NCBI GenBank assembly: GCA_040954595.2
Contig: CM082576.2
Span: 17,407,028-17,471,027 of the forward strand
Origin: Balanoglossus misakiensis
Lineage: Eukaryota > Animalia > Hemichordata
Length of the DNA stretch: 64,000 bases
Direction of reading: 5' to 3'
The notes under the pieces are model-generated. The model made no database searches and was not told the origin of the DNA. It saw only the letters and a list, made by a program, of their open reading frames with translations. Of this stretch, positions 49,992 through 61,900 are shown in pieces; the first letter of the stretch is position 1; the number at the start of each line of letters is the position of its first letter. The position numbers and the translations under genes were made by a program.

Positions 49992-52900
49992 TACATGCAT
50001 AATGAAATGGTGATCGGGTTTGGACCTTTGCTGCCATATTGGATTTTTCTTTAAATCTCATTGAAATTGTTAAAAATCTTCCTTCACCAGAGCCTGCAAT
50101 TACAGAAATTTGATTTCATGCCCATGAAGTGAATTCTAGAGTAACCAATAGGGCTAGACATCTGTTTTTTTTCTTGGACATGGACGAGTATTGGATGAAA
50201 TTTGGGTAACCTACGTTTGCATCTACTTGGCTTTTGGTGGGATCTGCTTGGGTTCTGCTAACACTGCTTGCTGCTTTAATTCTAAGATATGTTTCATTCG
50301 ACAGGTTGTCCATGTTGGCCAAGTGATTGGTGCAATTGTAGCTGAGGACCAAACCATTGCTCAAAGAGCTGCCAAACTTGTCTCTGTGCAGTATGATGAA
50401 TTGGAACCAATAATTACAATTGAGGTGAGCTCATACCCAATTCAGGTAGGCGACTATCCAAATGCAATGCATGGTTTATTCATATTCTATAGACTCACAT
50501 GTAGAAATATTCACAAAAGGTGCCAAAAGAGGAGTACATGTATTACACTATGTCACCATGCATGAATTTTTGATAGAGCTATTCAGATAAAATCCCTGTA
50601 AGAAAACTATACCTTGGGGAATGCAAGAAAAGGTCTGACTCTGCATTTTCAGAAATATTTCGGACGCCCGAACTGCACAATTAGGATGGGGAACACCTTA
50701 GTTTGTTTCTCTCTCTAGTTTTGGATTTAAAAATCATACAATGTGATGAGGCATATCTATTGCACCAATGTGAGGCACGTGAATTGAGGTGCATTACTTT
50801 GTATATTTGCAGGAAGCTATAGCCAAAGAATCCTTTTACAGGCCAATCAAATCAATAAAGAAGGGGAACACAGAAGAGGCATTTGAACAATCCGACCAAA
50901 TCATTGAGGGAGAAATAAGAATGGGTGGTCAAGAGCACTTCTATTTAGAGACCAATGCCACCATTGCTATCCCCAAAGGAGAAGATTCAGAGATGGAAAT
51001 TATGGCTTCCACTCAAAACCCTACAATGACGCAGGTATGAAAGATGAATTTTAGCCAAAGTGCTGCATGAACTCTGCCTGCATTGGCAAGTTGTGATAAC
51101 AGGTCCCTTGAAAACCTGTCTCAAATTTTCTGTATGTGCTTTGGTTTGTTTTGTTATGTTATGTTATGCACTCTTGAAGCCAGACAGAATTATCAAGATT
51201 TGTTAATGCGCATATTTCAACCAGGAATTATGCAGCATTTTTGGGGTAAAGATGGATTTTTTAGCTTACATTAGGTGCGTTTTGAAAACCTCAATAATAA
51301 TGTAGAAAGCAGGAATTTTTGGGGTGCACCCATGTGGCCAGTCAGTGTGAAATCTGAAGGTAGCAATGGGATGGGATCGCTAAAAGACCAAGTGGTGTGT
51401 TTGGAGATTGTAATAATCTGTGGGGTGTATTTTGGGTGTACATTGGTGCCTGAGTATTTGGTAAGGGTTAACTTTGGTACATATCTCTGATACACTTGGA
51501 CGATGTAACAAGATGCAGTAATTGAAACAGATGGTCACTATCTTAGATATTTTTTTCCCTTTTGAACAGACAATGGTTGCACAAGCACTGGGTGTTCCAG
51601 CCAATAGAATTGTATGCAAGGTGAAAAGGATGGGTGGAGGTTTTGGTGGCAAAGAAACACGAAGCTGTCCACTTTCCACTGTTGTGGCTGTAGCTGCGAA
51701 CAAGTAAGCAAATAAGCAAATACAGCTTGCTGGAAATTTTCAGATGTTCATTTTTCAGATGCAATTAAGTTTCTTGTGAACATGCTACAAATTTGCTGCA
51801 AGCTCCGTTCTGTAAATTTGCAGCAAATTAATTTGGGATACAACCTTCTGGTACTGCAATTTTGCTACAGCTAGTACTCATTGTGGTCACCACCTCAGAG
51901 ACCACAAATAAATAATGATGGATGTGTTTGATGTACAGTGTTATCAGTCTCACTCAGCAGAGCTCCATGTTGCTGATAGTGGAGTTAATGTAGGAAAAAT
52001 CAATTACAACTATTACAATAATCAAAACTTTTAATTATTTCTTATATAGCGCATTAAATGATAAATTATCTCAATTGCATTGTTGTTACTATTATGAGAT
52101 ATACTGGTGCCACTTTTACATTGTAACATATTAAGGCATGGCTATACCTTTCCTTACATGGTTAGTTGGCAGTTCAACGCTTAATAATGATAATAATGAT
52201 AGTACTGAATAATGCAAATTCTGGATGGCTAGATAAGTTGAATATTTATTCAAGGAGCACGGAGCGAGACATAGACTTGCCAAAGCTTCGCCTTAAACAT
52301 GAACATTGTAAACGTGATAATAAAAACTTACACAATTTAAATTAAAATTTCTCGTGGTTCTTGGTAGAGTTGGCAGACCTGTGCGTATTATGCTGGATCG
52401 AGATGAAGATATGTGCATTTCGGGGACTAGACACCCGATGATGGCACGGTACAAAGTTGGCTACACCAGAACTGGGCATATTAAAGCATTAGAAGTTGAC
52501 TGTTACAGCAATGCTGGTTGCAGCTTGGATCTGTCTCTTTCAGTAAGTGTAATTAGATTATCAATATTCCTCCATCAGTTAAATTCAAATGTTTTATTTG
52601 TCTGTGAATTGAAAACTCATCACATATCAAAGATACGTTATACGTCAATCAACCATGATGCATACATTATATACACATTATATACTGGTACATTACATTA
52701 TGTCAGTGCAGCAGTGCTACAAATACAGATTCATGATTGGATGTGATCCTGTTTTTAATTATGGGAAGCCATGGTAAATAGATCATAGAGTACTATTTTC
52801 CCATTATCAAATTGGTATTATTTTATATCATGCTACCGTCTGCCATTCTGATTGGAAGAGAGTGATTGTGCGGTTAAGCCATAGTCGCGTGGGGATAAAC

Positions 52901-55900
52901 AAAATAAATAAAATAAAAATACTGTTGAATTTACGGACATTTATTTTGGAATTTCTCTGTTGGAATATTTGGCATTTTGCCTTGCGTGTCAGATGCCTGT
53001 CTTGTCACTTTTTGTTGTCTGCTTCATGTTTAATGCTCGATCCTGGTACATTACATTATGTCAGTGCAGCATGATTGGATGTAATTGCGGGAAGCCATGA
53101 TGGTAAATAGATCGTAGAGTACTATTTCCCCATTATCAAATTGGTATTACATTTTGCTAGTCCAAGGCGTTTTTCGTTTATGTACGTATCCATGAATGTA
53201 TCAAATCTAAATTAGTTCATTGCCAAAAACAGCTTGCATTCAAAAATGTACATTTGATGTATACGTGTTTGCTACATTACATTATTGCTTACTGTAGACT
53301 TCATGCACTTACCTGCTCAGTAATTTTGACAATCATTCCTTTGTATTATAGACATTCTTTGAGAAGTGCAGACATCATGTAGAGTTGTATGTAATCACAC
53401 AATGTATAAAGTTCGGGTCCCCATGCTTTGGTAAGATTTATATTTTTCATCAACAGGTAATGGAACGTACCTTGTTTCACATCGACAACTCATACAGATT
53501 ACCAAATGTGATCGTAACAGGGTATGTGTGTAAGACCAACACTCCATCTAATACTGCATTCCGTGGTTTCGGAGGACCTCAAGCAGTATTCTTTGCTGAG
53601 CACTGGATGACAGACATTGCTACAAGATGTGGTATTACTCAACAACAGGTAAACATCTTTCACAATAAAAAAAACAAACTATTAAAGGGACAAAGTCTCT
53701 CTCTAGCTGCCCATTTTCCATTAATTATGTTTGATACAAGACACCGTTTATGTTATTCTACATGTGGATATATAGTGAATCAATGTTCAACCACACACAT
53801 CCATCCAACTTGTAGACACAAGAGTGAAAAACTCGCCAAAATGAATAATCGTAGAATAACATAAATGGTGTCTTGTATCAAATATAAATAATGGAAAAAG
53901 ACTGCGAAAGAGAGACTTTGTCCCTTTAAGACCTAGAGCAAAGTAGTGGACCTAAGCAAAAAGAATTTACAAAGACATATTCTAGACTTATCAAACTCAA
54001 CCTACCTACACTTGCAGAAGAGAGAGGGGAGATCAGTGTTCGCGGTCAAAATTTTGACAGTGCGTTTTGCGTACGCAAAGGCTGGGCAAAAATGCGTATG
54101 ATCATTATTTCAATGCGTAACTGGCCACTTCCGCATTCCAGTCCACAATAAACAAAGTCAACATGAGAAAACATGTATCAAAATTGATCACAATCACACG
54201 TAGACAGCGTGCTTAGTTTTGCAATTCAAGTACTAACACTGTAAGAGTGTGAAACCTTCGAGTCATCAAAAATGAACCTCTAGAATTTTGAAGGGTTTCT
54301 TTTTCCACGCGAAGCGAAAATTTCCCGTGCTCGGTCAAAACGAAAGTCGGCAACAGGTGGCCCTTCCATAGTAAGAAGCATCAGATCATCGGCATGCTCG
54401 TCGCCTAGTCGATTGCGTCGTGCAGTGAGTACGCGGTTTTGGCAACTGAATCCCCGTTCACAGGGCCTGTGAGCGAAGCCACGGATATTCGATATTCCAA
54501 CGGTTTTGAAACTCGGTGTGACCTTCTCCCGTGCCGGGTTGCTTTCGCTTTCGCTTTACTGCCTGCGTCGATGTCACCGTGGACACGTCCGACGAGGTGG
54601 CAATACAGGCGGCAGACTCCAAAGTAGGCTGCGCGGCTGGCATCTCAGCGGCCGTTTTGCTGCTTGAACTCGCAACAGATTCATCTAGTGATGCTCCCGA
54701 TGTTTTTTTGCTAGAAGCACTAAAGTTGAAAGATAGCAACGAGGATTGCTTTGACATGATTTTTGAGCTACAGTGGCACCAATTACTAACAGTTAGCTAC
54801 GTATTGGCTCTCTGTCCGTGTCAGTGAAACGTGGCGCGTGTCGCAGTTAGTCGGAACGAAACGATTTGCTCAAAAATTGATACAATTTCGGGCGACACCA
54901 CTTGAGTTACAATCGCGCGAAAAAAATGCTCAACATGTTACTATTTTAAGCGGCGCGGCGCGTGGTGCTCTGTTGCAATTTTGTTTGGGGGCAATGGGCG
55001 AAACGTGCGCGATAGGCAATTGCTGTAACGAAAGTAGTATTTCAAGTGCGTACAGTCAAACGCACTGTCATCAGAAAAATGCGTTTGAAAAAAATCTTAT
55101 GCGTATAATACGCACTTTTTAGCGTAACCGCGAACACTGGAGATATGATTGAGACTTGCCTTAATATATTGAATTGTATGCTAGAATGATGTCACTTCCT
55201 TATTCAGTGTAATTTCTCCTTTGCTCATCACCAAACGTGACATAGTTAAATAATAACACATGTTAGCGAGGGCAATATCATGATCTTTGGCCTGCACGAG
55301 GGATGGTGATTTTGATAATATTGATGATGGCTCGGGCATCATCAATATTATGGTCAGAGATCACCAGCCCGAGGGCAGGCCAAAGATAATGATATTGCCC
55401 GAGCATGACATGTGTTATTAATTTTATTATACCGAACAATTGACCATACACAGCACAGAGGGTTGCGTCCATTTCGTATGATGCAGGTTGCAGTGAACTA
55501 AAATATCTCGCTGTACAGTGTACCTACTTCGAACTCAGATTTGGTGTATTTACTGTCCGTTTGCGGTAAAATATCGTCTAGTTGAACAGCTGTTAATCCT
55601 GTGTGTCGCTTTGAAGCCATAGATGCGGGAGTTGACTGATCGTGAAGGAAGCCATTGAACGACAGTTTGTTATGCGCAGAAAAGATGCACAGAACCTAAA
55701 ACCCGTTCTCAGCCTGTAATATTCTCTCAGCGCGCGCGTATCCCTGGCCCGTAGCCCCTACCTACGGGCCATATACTCTGTCAACCATGTAATATCACAT
55801 TCTTTTCTATGTCACGTGGTATGGTCTCAGCCAATCAGTAGTACGGAATACAGAGTGAGGTGTAATAATATGATTTGCAGTGAGCAGAACATGTCCATCA

Positions 55901-58900
55901 CAGACGAGAACTTCTAAATTTGTATGTTCAACTGTGATAGTTGTCTGACACATTATTCTAGATATGAGTTGGTGGTTAACCTTGACTTCCATCATACTGT
56001 AAAACACTTAATTTTCAAGAGTTGAAATTTTCGTGATATCGTGAGTATTAATTTTCGCATTCCCTTATTTCATTCACTGCATCGTTATCTTCAAAAAAAA
56101 AATTGACACAACTTTTTATTTTCATGCTATTTTGGCTCCTGCGTATTTTGTGAAAATTTATTGCTCGCGAAAACAAAGTGTTTTACAGTATTTAGAAAGG
56201 TGACATTTGAATGCCCAACATGTAACAAAGTTTACTTTTTACACAAGAGTTCAACACTCCTGCCCAGTTTATGCAAATGACAAACATTGGCTTTTGAGCA
56301 TCCAGCTGGCACTTCAGGCCTCTCCCTTTAACTGCTAATGTTTTATTCCATGTTTGCCAGATTAATTTCAAAGCATTTTCCTTAGAAAAGGACAAAACAA
56401 GAAGGTAAAATATTCTTTCAAATACCACTTTTTCCCAGTTCTAAAAAAAATTAAGTTTGCAGTTCCTATGAAAAAAAAATGCTGTAAGTATTACTGTATT
56501 AGTTACCATGTGTGCTGGGGTCCCTCAGGTAAAACCATATAAGCAAAGTTATTCTTTTTGTTCCAAGGTACGTGAAGTGAACCTGTACAAGGAAGGTGAA
56601 TTGACACATTTCAATCAGCCACTGAACTGGAATAACAGTCTACAAAGATGTTGGACAGAGTGTTTAAGAAAAAGTGATTTCCCAAGCCGAAGACGTCAAG
56701 TAGATATATTTAACAGGTAAACAACTCAAATAGGATATAAATATTGCATACATTGGTATTGTAGATCTTCTTCCAGCAATATCATCATTCTAGAATTATT
56801 TTATTTCACCTCCCCCCCCCCCTCACTAGAAACACAGACTTATGCCATCACTCTGCATTTGCCATATGACATGGTGGAACTGGCCACAATCAGCAGTTGT
56901 TCAAATTCTTTACCTTTTAGCTGACATTTGCTATCAATAATATGCAAATACAAGCTGTTGATATGTCTGTCTGTCTGTCTGTCTGTCTGTTTTTATTTTA
57001 TGTACATGTATGTATGTATGTATGTATGTATGTATGTATGTATGTGTGTGTGTATGTATGTATGTATGTATGTATGTATGTATGTATGTATGTATGTATG
57101 TATGTATGTATGTATGTATGTATGTATGTATGTACGTACGTACATGTATGTAATGTGCGTACATGTATGTATGTTTCTATCAATAATTTGAAAACTAGCT
57201 GTGCGTATCACATTGATATTTGGCTGTAGGTGGTGTTCTGTTTAAATGAAGTTGTCTCTACCAAATGATGATCATACTGATAGATTCATTTACTTTTTAT
57301 TGCATCTTTAATATACATTTATTCTTTTTTTTGTTTCAATTTTTGACATAGTGAGAACCGGTGGAAGAAGAGAGGAATAGCCATAACCCCTGTCAAGTTT
57401 GGCATATCTTTTACTTTTAAAACATTAAATCAAGTAAGTAGGAACCTTGTTACAAGTTACTTTAGAAATTATGAGTAGTTCTTATTTTTTGCAAAGATTC
57501 TAATTGTAAATTTCTCTTTAATTTCTCAATTGATATTGTCACAGGTTTTCATGTGTCCCGTCCCCCCTTCTTTTCCTGAAAAAGTCCCATGGTACCCCCA
57601 ACCCGAATGGCTAGTTCCTCTAGTCCATACCCATTACCTTACAAGTGGAACAGGCGTCTGGTGTTGTTGGCCGCGGCTTCCATCAATTGCTTGGCATTTT
57701 CACCTTGCACCTGGGCTACCTCCTTGGCCACTTCCCCCAGAAGCATGGGAGGGTTAAAGGTATACAGTCACCTCCAATTTACATATGCCCATATACAGCT
57801 GAAATGGATTATTTGAGCGTTCTAAAGAATATATGGTGGCGCTCTTTTTTTTTCGCGTGTGACACCCACTGAAAATCCGTTATTGGCTAGATCTCAAGTT
57901 TACCATGGTAACAGTAGCTAAATTTCCATAGGTGACCGTATACCTTAAAATGCCGATCTCCATGCAGGGCTGGATGCGGGGAGTGGGTTTCCAGGAGGAT
58001 CCATAGCCTGTGTCCGGTTAAGGCTGGCCACACTGGCGGAAAAACTGAAATGGCAGTTTGGGAATGCCTGGCTCCATCTGCAATTAATGTGTTGAGTACC
58101 GCAGAAGTTTTGGATTTGAATGGGCTGGGAGGTGGGGCAATTCTCAGACATTATCATCAAGGCCAGGGCATGGACGTTGCTGGCATTAGCCCCCCCCCCC
58201 CTCGTGCCTCGTATGTGTATACACTACAGGCTTGTCCATCAGTGACAATTCCAACAGTTGGAGGGCTTTCTCTTGGCGACTATACTTGCTGCAGGGCACG
58301 GTTCGGTCAATGCTAATTTCGCCAAAGGTGGCCACCACTGCAGGGGGTTACAAGTTTCTGGAGGACATTACAATATTTAAGTTAAGAACCTTTGTAACAT
58401 AGAAGTTTCAGTGCTTCTGCTATGATGTTTCTTTCCTTCCTGTGAAAAATAGAGTCGCAGTGAATCGTATAATTTTGTTTCTACTGCATGTGTATCATTG
58501 TTGTTGCTGTCTGGGTGTTTGTGTTGCCAGAATTGGGTTCGCAACACATGTCATTCACTTTAATTTGGGCTCCCTAAGTACCAGATCAGCCATATTCAAC
58601 GTGTTTAACGTATTGCTGCTAGAATCGTAACTTGTTTCAAAATCAGATTTCACATTAGTATCAGTTGCATTGGCTACCTGTTTCAGAACAAATTGTTTTT
58701 AAGATTTTAGTTCATATTTTTAAATTCATTCATAGACTCGGACCAATTTATCTTTCAGATATGATCAAGTTATATGTTCCAAATCGCAACTTGAGGTCTG
58801 CTCTTCTGTTCGATCACGTACAAAGAAATATGGTGATCATGCTCCTATTCTTTGGAATAATCTCCCATTGAAAATCTGCCAGTCACCAAATCTGTCTGTT

Positions 58901-61900
58901 TTTAAATCAAATGTCAAAACAATACTTTTTTAAACTGCCTTTTAACTATTTTTGTAGTATGCACTTTTTTGTATATATTGTAACTAATTTTTATAGTTTA
59001 TTTTTAGGTCCCATTGGTATGGTATGTACCATGGGACCTTATGGGATCGGTTGCATCTGTATGTATGGATGGATGGATGGATGGATGGATGGATGGATGG
59101 ATCGATGGATGTATGTCCGTCCACATCAAAAACTTGAAAACCGCAGCGTGTATGACCTCGATATTTGGTGTGTAGATGCAGGCAGGACTGTAGATGGGAG
59201 TTTGTTCAAATGAAGTTGTCATTGCCAAAAATAGGCAAATTAGCTGGGAAAATGTGAAATTGGTCAAAACTCAAAAACTCCACAACCACTGGTCATATTG
59301 ATTTGAAAATTGGTATGCATGTACCTTATGTCAACCTCATACAGTCCTGTATGTTTTGAGCTAATATTATCGATTTCCTATTTTTTATGCATTTTTTTGT
59401 ATTTTTCCATGGTATTGGTAAAAAGTCTTCATTTCTGAAAGTGATGCGCTTACTTCTTTAACATTTAGTATGAAGCTTCCTAATGGTTGTCTGAGTAACC
59501 ATAGTTTTGTTCAAATTGTTGCAAAATTTGCATATTTATAATTTTGAGCAATATTTGCCATTTTTGGTCAAAATTTTTTTTCATTAAAACCGCATGCCAG
59601 AATGCTTTGCAATTTGGTAGGCATGTTCGTAGGGGTAACTTTAGTAATATGATTTAACAAAATGTGCTATTTGCATAAAGGTGTTATCGGGGAAACTTTT
59701 GCAATTTTTGTCAAAAATTGTTTTCTCTGAAACTGCTTGTCATATTGCATTGAACTTTGGCAGACATGTTCCTTGTAGTGATTAATGTAAGATATTGTTC
59801 AATTTTGGTGATATTTGCATATTTGTGTTTTTGCCACTTTTGAACAAATATCTGTAAAACTGCTTGTTGGATTGCTTTAAAATTAGTTTTTTTCTCTGAT
59901 TGCTTTGAAATTTAGGATATAATTTCATAACACATACATGTATATGTGCAACTTTAATTCAATTCTGATACTAGAAATATTCAATATTTAGCGAGTTTTT
60001 TTATAAGTTTCTTTGTTTTTGGGTAGCAAATCTTCTCCTAAACCAATTGTCCAGTTTTTTTTAAAGTTACTGTTTACAAGGAGTTGCTACTCCCAACTTA
60101 GACATGTTTACATAACTTTAATAGGCCAGCTGTTACAGAGACCACCAGGTATTAAATTTTTAATTACCAGTGGCAGTTCAGTGTGTGTCTGTCTGTCTGT
60201 CTGTTCCATGGCTGACTGAAAGAAGTTGCTTCTCATATGTGTTTGTACAGACAATTTTTGGTCATTTTTTTTCTAGCATCACTTGTAAGACTGCCATGAC
60301 ACATGACAGTTTATTGGGCATGTTCCTTGTTAATTTTCTTTACATTCCATATTTCTATATGGTAAGATCATATCTGCTTGCAATGTCACCTGTAATTTTT
60401 ATTCTGGTGTGTCTTTGTTTCCGCAAAATCCTCAAATGGGACCACAGTGTCCTTGACACTATTTTTTATCTCAGTGTTCTTGGTCACATTTTATGTGGAT
60501 ACTGACACTTTACAAATAAATTAATATTATTTATTGTTTTCAATTTGATCATATTTAGTTAGAGATGATTTCTTTTAAATTCTAGGCCGGAGCTCTGGTA
60601 CACATCTATGGAGATGGTTCAGTATTAATAGCACATGGAGGCACTGAGATGGGTCAGGGTCTGCACACAAAGATGATCCAGGTTGCCAGTAGAGCTTTAA
60701 GTATTCCTTCAAGTCAGATCTTTATCAGTGAGACCAGTACAAATACAGTTCCAAATACATCTCCAACAGCAGCCAGTGCATCTTCAGATTTGAATGGTGA
60801 AGCAATAAAGGTAAAAGTAGAATTTTTTGATATGCCTTAAATCACCACATTGATTAAAAATAGGAATAACCAGAGAATTCATGTATGTTAATTACAATTT
60901 CCTATTTCCCTTGTCTGTTACAGGTAATGTTCAAATCAGTTAAAGCCATAGTAACACCATTTTAGACCAAATTATTACACCTCACGTATTATGTTGTGTT
61001 TGTGATTGGCTGAGGTGAACTCGCGTTACATAGCAAAAAAAGTGATATAACATGGCAAGAGTTGATAAAGCCCTGTTGATATTGCCCACTGGGTTGTTTT
61101 GGTGTTCTGTACGCGACTTCTGCGCATAACAAACTGTCGTTCAATGGCTTCCTCCACGATCAGTCAACTCCCGCATCTATGGCGTCATAGCAACACACGG
61201 GCTTAACACCAGTTCAAGTGGACGATATTTAACTGCCATCGAACAGTAAATACACCAAAATCGCAACCAACAGCGCAGTATCCTCAAAATTATTGTGATG
61301 TTGTCTGAGCATCATGTGTTACATGTATTACTTTTATTATACCGAACATTAGATACATACAGCATTAGGGTTGTGTCCAGGGTCGTTGCATGCAGCGAAG
61401 GTCTCAATCAGTTAATCTCCGAAGAACTGTAGCTGTAGGCCTACTTTGAACTTTGGACAACTGATATTGCATTGTTGGTTGCAATTCTGATGTGTTTACT
61501 ATCCATTTGCAGTTAAATACGTCGGTTTATTGCTCCTCGAATCCATACGTGTGGGAGATTGTGAACGCGTTCAGACAACAATTTTCATGTGCAGTAAAGA
61601 TGCGCAGAACCTAAAAACTGTCCCCAGCTAGCCATATCCCCTCACTGCGTGCCATATCCCCTACCCACGTGCCATAGGCTCTGTCAGCCATGAAATATCA
61701 CGTGGTACGGTCTCGGCCAATCAAAAGTATGGAATACAGCGTGAGGTATAATAGTGCTAAACATTGTCCGTAAAAGTTAATATGCTGTGCAGGTTTGTTA
61801 CCGTCTGCCATGTAGCACACGTGACAGCTTATGACACTCTGCTAGAAACTGTCCGAGATGCGCAACTTGGGGGATCAAAACAGTTTTTGACTCACTGACA

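Noticed and set aside
49763-57229. YIHT/MYVC repeat ORFs (and HSFI at 15313-15549)
   Set aside because: Translations of tetranucleotide microsatellites.
57540-58370. GC-richer block possibly from DIRS RNase H/methylase coding sequence
   Set aside because: No motif could be read convincingly in any frame. Needs a frameshift-aware profile search.
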